From Candidatus Cloacimonadales bacterium (GTDB lineage: Bacteria > Cloacimonadota > Cloacimonadia > Cloacimonadales > JAFGVF01): a DNA stretch of 64,000 nucleotides. Made by a program: the position numbers and the translations under genes. The stretch spans positions 2,528,001-2,592,000 of the forward strand of contig OY759729.1 of the NCBI GenBank assembly GCA_963662585.1, in the 5' to 3' direction. This document shows, piece by piece, positions 48,938-59,176 of this stretch (position 1 is the first letter of the stretch; every line of letters starts with the position of its first letter). The notes under the pieces are model-generated. The model searched no databases, was not told the DNA's origin, and saw nothing but the letters and a program-made list of their open reading frames with translations.

Positions 48938-49285
48938 CCTCTTAAATCCCGGAGGGATAACATATAATAGGGAGTGTTCGCAAGACACTCCTAGAGGTTA
49001 CGACAAAAAGATAGCCCTGGAAGGGCGACATATCCTAACAATCTTTCACAGCTTCTGTTTGTTCCTCTTAAATCCCGGAGGGATAGCATATAAGAGGGAG
49101 TGTTCGCAAGACACTCCTAGAGGTAACAACCATAATATAGCCCTAGCAGGGCGACATATCCTAACAATCTTTCACAGCTTCTGTTTGTTCCTCTTAAATC
49201 CCGGAGGGATAGCATATAAGAGGGAGTGTTCGCAAGACACTCCTAGAGGTTACGACAAAAAGATAGCCCTGGAAGGGCGACATAC
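48938..49285 (-). repeat. Left array: 3 family A units (126-bp period), minus orientation
   Basis: Units start at 48938, 49064, 49190. Confidence 0.95.
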
Positions 49286-49367
49286 TCTAATTAAATTGAC
49301 ATTGATAGGAGATAAATGACATATTTATTGACAAGAATAATAAATTACAAATATTTAGTTAAATGTT

Positions 49368-49832
49368 ATGGAGGTAGTTATAGGACAATCATTGGTTCAA
49401 AATTATATGCATATTATTTTTAGTACCAAAAATAGGATGAGTTATTTGAAAGATTTTAGGCAAAAGGATATCTTTAGGTATATTTGGGAATTATGTAATG
49501 AAAAAAAATGTCAGATCATAAAAGTGGGAGGATATGAAGACCATATTCATATCTTGTGTTTATTAAACAAAAACATTGCCTTGGTAGATTTGATAAAATT
49601 TCTTAAATCTAATTCATCAAGGTGGATTAAAGTAAAATTTCCAGAACTAAGCTTGTTCAGTTGGCAAGAAGGATATGGTGCTTTTTCGATTAATCCACAG
49701 CAGACTGATGCTGTGATAAATTATATTGAAAATCAAGATAAACATCATAAGAAAACATCTTTTCAAGATGAACTATTTTATTTCCTAAAAAAGTACAAGT
49801 ATGATTATGATGAGAGATATATTTGGACCTAA
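49368..49832 (+). mobile_element. tnpA: IS200/IS605-family Y1 (HUH) transposase, RAYT-like
   Basis: HIIFSTKNR, DHIHIL (HUH), LKSNSSRWI, WQEGYGAFS, YIENQ (catalytic Tyr); no tnpB; flanked by inverted repeat arrays. Confidence 0.92.
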
Positions 49833-49842
49833 CTTCTTATTA

Positions 49843-50511
49843 GGTATATATCGCCCTTCCAGGGCTATCTTCTTGTAGAGACCATTAGGAGTGTCTTGCG
49901 AACACTCCCTATTATATGTTATCCTTTCGGATTTAAGAGGGTAAGCTTTGTTTGTAGCTGGTTGAGGAACAGACTGATGGTATGATAGGTTATATTAATA
50001 TCAAGATATACATGGAATTAACTTCTTATTAGGTATATATCGCCCTTCCAGGGCTATCTTCTCGTAGAGAACTCTAGGAGTGTCTTGCGAACACTCCCTA
50101 TTATATGTTATCCCTCCGGGATGTAAGAGGGTTCTTATCAAGTGCTTGCTAGCTATTTAGTATATGTAGCCCTTCCAGGGCTATCTTCTCGTAGAGACCA
50201 TTAGGAGTGTCTTGCCAACACTCCCTATTATATGTTATCCCTCTGGGATTTAAGAGGTTTAGTTTCAAGTGCTTGCTAGCTATTTAGTATATGTCGCCCT
50301 TCCAGGGCAATCTTCTCGTAGAGACCATTAGGAGTGTCTTGCGAACACTCCCTATTATATGCTATCCCTCTGGGATTTAAGAGGTTTAGTTTCAAGTGCT
50401 TGCTAGCTATTTAGTAGATATCGCCCCTCCAGGGCTAACTTCTCTTAGAGACTACTAGGAGTGTCTTGCGATCACTCCCTATTATATGTTATCCCTCTGG
50501 GATGTAAGAGG
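49843..50511 (+). repeat. Right array: 5 family A units, plus orientation
   Basis: Units at ~49843, 50032, 50158, 50285, 50412 (last three at 127-bp period). Confidence 0.95.
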
Positions 50512-50700
50512 TTTCGTATCATCAAGTGTTTATTAACTTATTAATATATCGTCCTGTCCCGCACTCCCAGTCAAAGAGCCAAGAGATGTGTAATGGATCT
50601 TATCTCTTCCTCCCTTGCTCTTTCTCACTCAATTCAACCATTATTTGGAATTTATTTGTGTCCCATGAGAAGGAGGAGGGGAGGATCATTAAAAGATAGT

Positions 50701-50730
50701 AAAAAAAGAGAAGGCTATTAGGCCTTCTCT
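50701..50730 (-). terminator. Intrinsic terminator of clpB
   Basis: AGAGAAGGC-6nt-GCCTTCTCT with T run on the minus strand. Confidence 0.8.
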
Positions 50731-50772
50731 AATTGAATTAAACTAATGCAAGAACATTTATTTGCTAAAGTA

Positions 50773-53349
50773 CTAGTTAATAAAAATATATTCTCCAGCT
50801 TGGTAATCAACAGTGATTTTATTATTTTGGGATACCTGGCCAGCGATTATTTTAGAGGCTAGTCTATTTTCAATTTCTTTTTGAATTATTCTCTTGAGTG
50901 GTCTAGCCCCGAAATGTGGGTCATAACCCTGTTCGGCAATCTTTTCAATAGTTGCTGGAGTGAAATCTAAAATTATTCTATGCTCGAACAATCTATTCTT
51001 TAGATTATTAAGATTTAGCTGAACAATTCTTTTAATTTCTTCTTGATTTAGTTTTTGGAAGACAATGATTTCATCTAATCTATTGATAAACTCAGGTTTA
51101 AAATATTGATGAAGAAGAGGGAAGATTTTGTCTTTTAATTCTTCATTATCACTATTTTTATCATCATAAATCATTTGCGCACCAATATTAGAAGTAAGAA
51201 TAATAATGCTATTCTTGAAATCAATAGTTCTACCTTGTCCATCTGTAAGCCTTCCATCATCAAAGATTTGCAAAAGAATATTAAAGACATCGCTATGAGC
51301 TTTTTCTATTTCGTCAAAGAGAATTACTGAGTAAGGTCTTCTCCGAACAGCTTCAGTAAGGTAGCCACCTTGGTCGTAGCCTACATATCCTGGAGGGGCA
51401 CCAATTAGACGAGCCACTGAGTGTTTCTCCATATATTCTGACATGTCAACCCTGATTATAGCCTTGTCTGTGTCGAAAAGAAAATCAGCTAATGTTTTGG
51501 CTAATTCTGTCTTACCTACACCAGTAGGGCCTAAGAAAAGGAAAGTTCCTATAGGTTTGTTTTGGTCTCCTATTCCAGATCGAGATCTTCTAATGGCATT
51601 GGAGAGGGCGGTTATTCCTTCTTTCTGTCCGATCACTCTTTTAGCAAGAATATCTTCCATTTGGAGAAGTTTAGACGATTCATTAGTCAGAAGTTTAGTA
51701 ACTGGAATATTTGTCCATTTAGCAACAACTTCGGCAATAATTTCTTCATCAACATTCTCTTTGAGAATTCTTTGATCAAGAGGGATTTCCATAAGCTTTT
51801 CTTTCTTTTCTTTCAGCTCAGCAATTTTATTAGGGAGATTTCCATATTTTAATTCAGCTGCCTTGTTGAGTTCTCCATTTCTTTCTGCTTTCTCAATATC
51901 ACTTTTGATTTGGTCAATCTGTTCTGAAGCAGTATTGATATTATTAAGCAATTCTTTCTCGTAGCTCCATTTAGCTTTTAAATTATTCTGGGTATCTTTA
52001 AAATTAGATATATCAACATCTATTTTCTGCTTTCTTTCTTTAGACAGTTCATCTTTATCTTTTTTCATAGAAAGCTTTTCAATTTCAAGTTGTTTAATCT
52101 TTCTGGCTAATTCATCCAACTCTACGGGCATGGAATCAATCTCCATTTTGAGTTGGGCACAAGCTTCATCAACTAAGTCTATCGCTTTATCTGGCAGGAA
52201 TCTATCAGTTATATAACGATTAGAAAGGTAGGCAGCAGATACCAGAGCACTGTCAGTAATCTGAACTCCGTGATGAATCTCATACTTATCCTTAATTCCA
52301 CGGAGAATGGATATTGTGTCTGCTTCAGTAGGCTCTTTTACTAAAACTGGTTGGAATCTCCTCTCTAAGGCAGGGTCTTTTTCAATATATTTTCTGTATT
52401 CATTGAGAGTTGTAGCTCCTACACAGTGCAAGGAACCACGAGCTAAAGCAGGTTTAAGCATATTAGAAGCATCCATTGAACCTTCAGATGCCCCTGCTCC
52501 TACAACAGTGTGAATCTCATCTATAAAGAGAATTAACTTACCTTCATTACTTTCAACTTCCTTTAAAACAGCTTTAAGTCTGTCCTCAAATTCACCCCGA
52601 TATTTGGCCCCAGCTATTAAAGAAGCCATATCTAACTCTAAAATCTCTTTATTCTTAAGATTTTCAGGTATGTCACTATCGATAATTCTCTTGGCTAATC
52701 CTTCAATAATAGCAGTTTTACCTACACCTGGTTCTCCAATTAAAACAGGGTTATTCTTTCTTCTTCTAGATAATATTTGGATGACTCTTCTTATCTCTTC
52801 ATCTCTACCGATAACAGGGTCTAATTTTCCATTCTTAGCTAATTTAGTAAGGTTACGGGTGTATTTTTCCAAAGCCTGATACTTTACTTCAGGGTTTTCG
52901 TCTGTAACTCTCTGATTACCTCGAACTTCTTTTAAAGCAAGTATTATAGCATCATAAGTAATTCCATACTTTTTTAATAATTGCTCACTTTTCTTACCTT
53001 TTAATATTAGAGCTAAGAAAAGATGTTCTACACTTACAAAATCATCTTGAAGCTTCTTTGCTTGCTGTTCAGCTTCAGTGAAGATATCATTTAATTCTCT
53101 TGAGAGATAGTTTTGAGTCTGACCTTGAATCTTAGGTAATTTATTCAGCTCATTATCCGCATCTCTAATTAATTCCCTGAGAGGGATGTTAATTTTTTGT
53201 AATAGAGGAATGGCGATACTTTCTTCAGTCTTTAAAAGACTATTAAGAAGATGTATTTCATTAATCTCTTGGTGGGAATATTCATTAGCTAATCCAGAAA
53301 GATTATTAACGACTTCCCGTGATTTGATAGTATATTTTTCAAAATTCAT
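50773..53349 (-). CDS. clpB: ATP-dependent chaperone ClpB
   Basis: 858 aa; GEPGVGKT, coiled-coil M domain, [13 protein letters not shown]. Confidence 0.97.
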   Translation of the reverse strand: MNFEKYTIKSREVVNNLSGLANEYSHQEINEIHLLNSLLKTEESIAIPLLQKINIPLRELIRDADNELNKLPKIQGQTQNYLSRELNDIFTEAEQQAKKLQDDFVSVEHLFLALILKGKKSEQLLKKYGITYDAIILALKEVRGNQRVTDENPEVKYQALEKYTRNLTKLAKNGKLDPVIGRDEEIRRVIQILSRRRKNNPVLIGEPGVGKTAIIEGLAKRIIDSDIPENLKNKEILELDMASLIAGAKYRGEFEDRLKAVLKEVESNEGKLILFIDEIHTVVGAGASEGSMDASNMLKPALARGSLHCVGATTLNEYRKYIEKDPALERRFQPVLVKEPTEADTISILRGIKDKYEIHHGVQITDSALVSAAYLSNRYITDRFLPDKAIDLVDEACAQLKMEIDSMPVELDELARKIKQLEIEKLSMKKDKDELSKERKQKIDVDISNFKDTQNNLKAKWSYEKELLNNINTASEQIDQIKSDIEKAERNGELNKAAELKYGNLPNKIAELKEKKEKLMEIPLDQRILKENVDEEIIAEVVAKWTNIPVTKLLTNESSKLLQMEDILAKRVIGQKEGITALSNAIRRSRSGIGDQNKPIGTFLFLGPTGVGKTELAKTLADFLFDTDKAIIRVDMSEYMEKHSVARLIGAPPGYVGYDQGGYLTEAVRRRPYSVILFDEIEKAHSDVFNILLQIFDDGRLTDGQGRTIDFKNSIIILTSNIGAQMIYDDKNSDNEELKDKIFPLLHQYFKPEFINRLDEIIVFQKLNQEEIKRIVQLNLNNLKNRLFEHRIILDFTPATIEKIAEQGYDPHFGARPLKRIIQKEIENRLASKIIAGQVSQNNKITVDYQAGEYIFIN

Positions 53350-53414
53350 ATTCTCCTCCTAAAAAGATATTTGTACACAATATAATCTATAAAGGAAACT
53401 TGGCAAGTAATTTT

Positions 53415-53441
53415 TTAGCAGAGTAGTGAAACGATTGCTAA
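53415..53441 (-). promoter_or_regulatory. CIRCE-like element (HrcA operator) upstream of clpB
   Basis: Minus strand TTAGCAATC-N9-CTCTGCTAA versus consensus TTAGCACTC-N9-GAGTGCTAA; just upstream of TTGCCA-N16-TATATT. Confidence 0.7.
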
Positions 53442-53461
53442 AAAAAAACTATAAATTGTGG

Positions 53462-54015
53462 GAACACTCCCTATTATATGCTATCCCTCTGGGATTTAAG
53501 AGGTTTAGTTTCAAGTGCTTGCTAGCTATTTAGTATATATCGCCCCTCCAGGGCTATCTTCTCGTAGAGACCATTAGGAGTGTCTTGCGAACACTCCCTA
53601 TTATATGCTATCACTCTGGGATGTAAGAGGTTTAGTTTCAAGTGCTTGCTAACTATTTAGTATATGTCGCCCTTCCAGGGCTATCTTCTCGTAGAGACCA
53701 TTAGGAGTGTCTTGCGAACACTCCCTATTATATGCTATCCCTCTGGGATTTAAGAGGTTTAGTTTCAAGTGCTTGCTAGCTATTTAGTATATATCGCCCC
53801 TCCAGGGCTATCTTCTCGTAGAGAACTCTAGGAGTGTCTTGCGAACACTCCCTATTATATGTTATCCCTCTGGGATTTAAGAGGTTTAGTTTTAAGTGTT
53901 TGCTAGCTATTTAGTATATATCGCTCCTCCAGGGCTATCTTCTCGTAGAGATCACTAGGAGTGTCTTGCGAAAACTCCCTTTTATATTGTATGCTATCCC
54001 TTCGGGATTTAAGAG
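53462..54015 (+). repeat. Array of family A units: one half unit + 4 full units (127-bp period)
   Basis: Units at 53531, 53658, 53785, 53912 with the same linker TTTAGTTTCAAGTGCTTGCTAGCTATT as 50258-50284. Confidence 0.95.
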
Positions 54016-54024
54016 GTTTCTCAA

Positions 54025-54049
54025 GAGGCGTATGCAATATGCCCCTACA
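54025..54049 (-). repeat. GTAG-type REP-like palindrome
   Basis: Minus strand TGTAGGGGCATATTGCATACGCC. Confidence 0.6.
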
Positions 54050-54090
54050 TTTATAAAACTCTTATTTTGTGTCTTTGTGTCTTTGTGGTG

Positions 54091-54116
54091 AAAAAAAAAG
54101 CCCTGCAAGCAGGGCT
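54091..54116 (-). terminator. Intrinsic terminator of thiolase gene
   Basis: AGCCCTG-4nt-CAGGGCT plus T run on minus strand. Confidence 0.8.
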
Positions 54117-54158
54117 AAATTTGTCAATCCGCGTTTTTAAATAAAATTACATCTCTAT

Positions 54159-55352
54159 TTACATCTCCCAAAGAGTAGTAATTCCCATTCCGCCACCGAT
54201 ACAAAGGGAGGCTAGACCCTTTTTATTGCCTCTTTTCTTCATTTCATGGAGAAGAGTAACAATGATTCTAGCACCTGAGCATCCGATTGGATGACCGATA
54301 GCAATTGCTCCACCATTAACATTGGTTTTTTCTGTATCAACAATAATTCCATCTTCTGCTAAACCTTTAATAACAGATAGAGATTGTGCAGCAAAAGCTT
54401 CATTTAATTCTAATAACTCAATATCTTTCATATCCCATTCTGCTTTTGCTAGAGCTTTTTTAATAGCAGGAACAGGACCATAACCCATAATTGAAGGATC
54501 CACACCACCAGAAGCATAATTAACTAAAGTTGCAAGTGGTTCATAACCTAATTCTTTAGCTTTTTCTTCACTCATAAGAACTAAGATAGCAGCACCATCG
54601 TTGATTCCTGATGAGTTGGCAGCTGTAACAGAACCATCTTTTTTAAAGGCTGGTCTGAGTTTAGCTAAACTCTCTTTAGTTACACCAGCTCTAGGAAATT
54701 CGTCAGTAGCTACAGCAAGAGGATCTTTTCTGCGCTGAGGAACCATAATTGGAACTATCTCATCGTTAAATCTACCACTATTCATTGCTTGTTCAGCTCT
54801 ATTTTGTGATTGAGCAGCAAAGGCGTCTTGCTCTTCTCTGCTAATATTCCACTGGTCTACTAAATTTTCAGCAGTGAGTCCCATGTGATAACCATTAAAG
54901 ATATCATATAAGCCATCATGAACCATAATATCTACAATAGATTTATCGCCCATGCGTGCACCCCAACGGGCATCTTTCATAATATAAGGAATTTGACTCA
55001 TGTTCTCTGTTCCACCAGCTATCACAATATCTGCTTCACCAAGTGCTATCATGGCAGAAGCAAGAGTAACACTCTTCATTCCTGAGCCACAAACTTTATT
55101 AATAGTATAAGCAGGTACTGTATTAGGAATACCAGCGTTTATTGATACCTGGCGTGCGACATTCTGACCTAAGCCAGCACCAATGACATTACCAAGAATA
55201 ACTTCATCAATCTTGGCAGGATCTAAGTTGAGTTCTTCAAGCAGATTTTTTAAAACCTGAACTCCGAGCTCAACAGCTGATACATCTTTAAATTGACCAC
55301 CAAAGCTACCAACAGCACTACGCTTAGCAGCTACGACAACTGTCTTTTTCAT
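54159..55352 (-). CDS. atoB: Acetyl-CoA C-acetyltransferase (thiolase)
   Basis: NKVCGSG, NEAFAAQ, GHPIG, SLCIGGG. Confidence 0.95.
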   Translation of the reverse strand: MKKTVVVAAKRSAVGSFGGQFKDVSAVELGVQVLKNLLEELNLDPAKIDEVILGNVIGAGLGQNVARQVSINAGIPNTVPAYTINKVCGSGMKSVTLASAMIALGEADIVIAGGTENMSQIPYIMKDARWGARMGDKSIVDIMVHDGLYDIFNGYHMGLTAENLVDQWNISREEQDAFAAQSQNRAEQAMNSGRFNDEIVPIMVPQRRKDPLAVATDEFPRAGVTKESLAKLRPAFKKDGSVTAANSSGINDGAAILVLMSEEKAKELGYEPLATLVNYASGGVDPSIMGYGPVPAIKKALAKAEWDMKDIELLELNEAFAAQSLSVIKGLAEDGIIVDTEKTNVNGGAIAIGHPIGCSGARIIVTLLHEMKKRGNKKGLASLCIGGGMGITTLWEM

Positions 55353-55374
55353 AAATCACCTCTTATTAGTTTTT

Positions 55375-56271
55375 TTATTTCTCTTCTTGTTTAATTTCTT
55401 TTATCATCTTCTTAAGGTCAGATTCATCATAGATATAAGTCTCATTACAAAAATGGCAATTCGCTTCTAATTTACCTTCATTAGCTAATGCTTCAGCGAT
55501 TTCTTGATCTCCAAGGAGTTTGACACCATTCCAGAATTTCATTTTACTGCAATCACAGGAGAAAGAAGGTTCCATTTCATCAGTAACTGTAAAATCAAAA
55601 CCCTTAAGAACAAAGTCTCTGACTATGGTCTCGATATCTTTACCCATATCTAATAAATCTGATATATTCGGCATTTTATTAACATTTTCCTCTAGCTTAC
55701 TGATTACTTCTTCAGTAGCAAAAGGCATTAACTGAACAATAAATCCACCTGAACTATTTACTGATGCATCTGGATTTACCAATATTCCTAAAGCAACAGC
55801 TGATGGCAACTGCTCAGATTGTAGAAAGTAGTAGGCTAAATCATCTGCAATCTCACCAGATATTAGTTCTGTCTGACCAGAAAAAGGCTGTCTGACATTT
55901 AAATCTTTAATGATAGTCATGGTTCCGCTTCCGACAGCTTTAGCAATGCTTAATCCATACAAGGTGGACTCAGCTTCTAGTTCTACACCTGGTTCTTTCA
56001 CATAGCCTTTAATTTTTCCCTTATTGCTGCTAACTACGGTAGCGCCTTGAAGGGGACCATCAGAATCTACTTTTAAAGTTACTGATGATTTTTCATCCTT
56101 TAAATCCATTCCTAACATTATACCTGCCGAGAGCATTCTCCCTAAGAAGATAGTAGAAGTTATGGAAAGGAAATGTGATTGCAGAGCAGTTTGAACAGTT
56201 TGGGTAGAATTTACAGCAAAAAACCGTATCTGTTTGTCAGCTGCAATACCTCTAATAGCTTTATCTTTCAT
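55375..56271 (-). CDS. hslO: Hsp33 redox-regulated chaperone
   Basis: YFLQSEQLPS, GGFIVQLMP, CDCS...CHFC zinc site. Confidence 0.95.
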   Translation of the reverse strand: MKDKAIRGIAADKQIRFFAVNSTQTVQTALQSHFLSITSTIFLGRMLSAGIMLGMDLKDEKSSVTLKVDSDGPLQGATVVSSNKGKIKGYVKEPGVELEAESTLYGLSIAKAVGSGTMTIIKDLNVRQPFSGQTELISGEIADDLAYYFLQSEQLPSAVALGILVNPDASVNSSGGFIVQLMPFATEEVISKLEENVNKMPNISDLLDMGKDIETIVRDFVLKGFDFTVTDEMEPSFSCDCSKMKFWNGVKLLGDQEIAEALANEGKLEANCHFCNETYIYDESDLKKMIKEIKQEEK

Positions 56272-56413
56272 GTAAATTTTACCTCACAATAAATTTAATC
56301 CTAATAAAATGATTTTCTTAGATATGTCAATAAAAAAGGCATACTAAATTTTATTCTTGACACAATACCAGAGAGTTTGAAATTTGCAACAAAATATTAG
56401 CAGGAGACTTAAA

Positions 56414-56794
56414 ATGGAATTTTCAAAAGAACTATATTACACTGAGTCCCACGAATGGGTTAAAGTAGTCGGCAAAGAAGCATTTATCGGTATTACAGAA
56501 TTTGCTGCTCATGAGTTAGGTGACATCGTGTATGTTGAACTTCCACAAGTAGGAGATGAAGTTGAAGCTGGTGAATCAATAGGTTCTATCGAAGCTGTTA
56601 AAGCAGTTGAAGATATCAACTCTCCAGTATCAGGCGAAGTTATAGAAGTTAATGAAGAGTTAGAAGATTCTCCAGACTTAATTAACAAATCACCTTATGA
56701 AGATGGTTGGATTTATAAAGTAATTTTAGAAGATGAAGAATCTGTTAAAAATCTTTTAAGCGCACAAGAATACGCTAAATTAATCGAAAACTAA
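56414..56794 (+). CDS. gcvH: Glycine cleavage system H protein
   Basis: HEWV, LGDIVYVELP, EAVKA (lipoyl Lys), SPYEDGW; ATG at 56414 after AGGAG. Confidence 0.96.
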   Translation: MEFSKELYYTESHEWVKVVGKEAFIGITEFAAHELGDIVYVELPQVGDEVEAGESIGSIEAVKAVEDINSPVSGEVIEVNEELEDSPDLINKSPYEDGWIYKVILEDEESVKNLLSAQEYAKLIEN

Positions 56795-56805
56795 TAAATT
56801 ATCTA

Positions 56806-56905
56806 TAGAGACTGTAGCATAATTATCGTGAAATTAACTTTTAGAAGTCAGAATTAAAAACTGGTCTTTTTAGATGTTAATGAATAGATTATCTTACAGC
56901 CTCTA
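56806..56905. mobile_element. ~100-bp MITE-like element with 18-bp imperfect terminal inverted repeats
   Basis: TAGAGACTGTAGCATAAT ... ATTATCTTACAGCCTCTA (15/18 complementary), no ORF. Confidence 0.55.
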
Positions 56906-56932
56906 TTTTTTTTAAAAAAAAGTAATAAAAAA

Positions 56933-57565
56933 ATGAGTATATCCCATATATCAGAAAATCCTTTCTTAATAGTTATCTCAGCTCCTTCTGGAGGAGGTAA
57001 ATCTACTATTCTTGAGCGCGTTTTGAATGATTTTAATAACATTCGTTACTCAATCTCTTCTACTACTCGTAAACCTCGTGGTGAAGAAAAAGATGGTGTG
57101 GATTACTTCTTCTTAGATAATGATGAGTTTGAAGCAAAAATAGCTGAAAATGAGTTTTTAGAGTACGCAAATGTTTTTGGAAATTATTATGGAACTTCCG
57201 CTAAATTTATTCAATCATGCTTTGACCAAGGTCAATTCGTGATAATGGATATTGATGTCCAAGGGTGTTTGAAATTGGAACGAACAGATTGTCCTTTGGT
57301 TAAGATTTTTCTCCTACCTCCTAATGCTCAAGAATTAGAATCTAGGTTGAGAAAGCGAGGAACAGATTCTAATGAAGTTATAGAGAAAAGATTAGCTACT
57401 GCTCGACAAGAATTAGAACTAATAGATCACTACGATTACTTAGTAGTAAATGATGATTTAGAAAAAGCTGTATATGCTGTGAAAAATATTATTTGGGCAG
57501 AAATGCACAAAGTCGCGCGTTATAATGATATTTATCACTCTTTCTATAATAACATTGACAAATAA
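56933..57565 (+). CDS. gmk: Guanylate kinase
   Basis: SAPSGGGKST, TTRKPRGEEKDGVDYFF, YYGT, DIDVQG. Confidence 0.97.
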   Translation: MSISHISENPFLIVISAPSGGGKSTILERVLNDFNNIRYSISSTTRKPRGEEKDGVDYFFLDNDEFEAKIAENEFLEYANVFGNYYGTSAKFIQSCFDQGQFVIMDIDVQGCLKLERTDCPLVKIFLLPPNAQELESRLRKRGTDSNEVIEKRLATARQELELIDHYDYLVVNDDLEKAVYAVKNIIWAEMHKVARYNDIYHSFYNNIDK

Positions 57566-57616
57566 CAAGCTCAATATATTATTGATTATGAATATAAAAA
57601 AGGATAGGAAATAATT

Positions 57617-57913
57617 ATGATAAATCCGGAAATTGAAAAATTCCTTGAGAAAAGTGACATGTCTTACATGTTCTGCTTATTAGCAAATAAAGAGATTGAA
57701 AGAATTAATAAACTTCCTCAATCAATTAAAGATGCGTTTAAAAAAACTATCACTGAAGAAGCTTTAGAACATATTGCTAAAAACTATATCCCAGATTATA
57801 TGTTTGAAAGTAACGAAGCTATGATTGAAAAAAGAGACGAAGAATTTGATATGAATTATGATGATGATGAAGATGATGATTTTAAAAGCTTAATGGGCAT
57901 TTCAGAAGAATAA
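57617..57913 (+). CDS. rpoZ: Probable divergent RNA polymerase omega subunit
   Basis: Directly after gmk; pattern P.IEK.LEK....Y...LLA.K....I / K.ITEEALE.IA; acidic tail. Confidence 0.55.
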   Translation: MINPEIEKFLEKSDMSYMFCLLANKEIERINKLPQSIKDAFKKTITEEALEHIAKNYIPDYMFESNEAMIEKRDEEFDMNYDDDEDDDFKSLMGISEE

Positions 57914-57924
57914 AAAATATATTT

Positions 57925-57958
57925 AGCTATCTCTAAAATAGGGATAGCTTCTTTTTTT
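57925..57958 (+). terminator. Intrinsic terminator after gmk-rpoZ
   Basis: AGCTATCTCTA-aaa-TAGGGATAGCT then TCTTTTTTT. Confidence 0.7.
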
Positions 57959-57960
57959 AT

Positions 57961-58647
57961 ATGAAAAGTTATAACTTAGAACTACTAAAAATATCTGGTC
58001 TAGATTTTATCTTTAAAAAAAATCTTAAAGAATCAGCACTCTCTAACAATAATTTAGACAACTCTTCAAGTAATTTTCTAGCAGAGACTCAAGTATCCTT
58101 AGATATTCTAAAACTTAAATATAGTAGCTGTCAAAAATGCCCTCTTCACCAAAGAAGAAATCATTTAGTTTATGGTGATGGTAATCCTAAAGCTCAGATT
58201 ATGATTATCGGAGAAGGACCTGGAGCTGAGGAAGATAAGAGTGGTAATGTCTTTGTAGGTCCTGCAGGAGAACTACTTACCAAAATGCTACAGGCTATTA
58301 ATATTAATAGAGAAGATATTTATATCACTAATATAGTGAAATGCCGTCCTCCCCAAAATAGAGATCCTTTCCCTGCTGAAAAAGAGGCCTGCTTACCTTA
58401 TCTTATGGAACAAATCTCTATAATTAAACCTAAAATATTAATTCTCCTTGGAAGAGTAGCTGCCAATACACTCTTAGCTCATGATAAAGAAGCTAGCTTA
58501 GACTCTTATCGTAATAAAGAGTACTACTTTCGGAATATTAGAACTTTCGTTACCTATCATCCAGCAGCCTTACTTCATAATGCTAGTTATAAACTTCCTG
58601 CTTGGCATGACTTGCAATATATTCAACACTATCTGGAAAATAATTAA
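57961..58647 (+). CDS. Uracil-DNA glycosylase family 4
   Basis: CQKCPL, IGEGPG, FVGPAG, VKCRPP.NR.P, TYHPAALL. Confidence 0.93.
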   Translation: MKSYNLELLKISGLDFIFKKNLKESALSNNNLDNSSSNFLAETQVSLDILKLKYSSCQKCPLHQRRNHLVYGDGNPKAQIMIIGEGPGAEEDKSGNVFVGPAGELLTKMLQAININREDIYITNIVKCRPPQNRDPFPAEKEACLPYLMEQISIIKPKILILLGRVAANTLLAHDKEASLDSYRNKEYYFRNIRTFVTYHPAALLHNASYKLPAWHDLQYIQHYLENN

Positions 58648-58670
58648 GAGCTATTTGCAACACCTCCTAA

Positions 58671-58897
58671 CTGGGAATGCGGGATTCCGGCCCGCACCAG
58701 GCACATGTGCCTGGGGAATCTATTAGTCCAGCACTTCTGTGCTGTAGGCAGTGTAGATGGAAGTTTAAACTGGTACACGGGCTGGAATCCCGTCTTCCCA
58801 GAAGATTCTGGAAAACAAGCTTTTCCATCTGTAGGTAGGGACGCCTACAGTCCATAGGAGACTTCTTCAGTCGGACGGTGGAGATTCTCTCCGCCTC
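58671..58897. repeat. Mosaic: inverted pair of TGGG-led palindromes (58671, 58776), TGGA-type (58829-58856, minus), CGGA-type (58865-58897)
   Basis: Hairpins TGCGGG-N7-CCCGCA, ACGGG-N7-CCCGT, CTGTAGG-N8-CCTACAG. Confidence 0.75.
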
Positions 58898-58990
58898 ATT
58901 GTGGTAACAATGTTAATTAATCTTAAATCCCGTTGGGATTTTGAGGGTTTGCACCCCTTGCTGACAAATGGCATCCAGCTGGGATTTTTA

Positions 58991-59147
58991 GAAACACCCT
59001 GTTGTCCCCCTCATGGATGGGGATTTTTAGAAACACCCCCTTTGTCCCCCTCATGGATGGGGATTTTAATGAATACCCCCTGTGTCCCTCTCATGGATGG
59101 GGATTTAATGAATACCCCCTGTGTCCCTCTCGCTAATGGGGATTTTA
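58991..59147 (-). repeat. 4x ~40-bp tandem G-rich palindromic repeat
   Basis: GAAAYACCCCCTGTGTCCCYCTCATGGATGGGGATTT-like units at 58991, 59030, 59071, 59110; reverse complement of 6833/6901 units. Confidence 0.9.
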
Positions 59148-59150
59148 ATA

Positions 59151-59176
59151 AAGAAAAGCCCCGCATTGCAGGGCTA
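59151..59176 (-). terminator. Probable terminator of M6 protease gene
   Basis: Minus strand AGCCCTGC-aat-GCGGGGCT-TTTCTTT. Confidence 0.6.

Noticed and set aside
48930..49319. 129-aa ORF with three internal repeats
   Set aside because: Artefact of the 126-bp (multiple of 3) array; TTG start without RBS
49368..49832. Autonomous IS605/IS608 with TnpB or omega RNA
   Set aside because: No tnpB/iscB ORF nearby; flanks are repeat arrays
49843..54015. Family A arrays as CRISPR or integron attC cassettes
   Set aside because: Repeat is ~98 bp with near-identical linkers, no ORFs between units and no integrase
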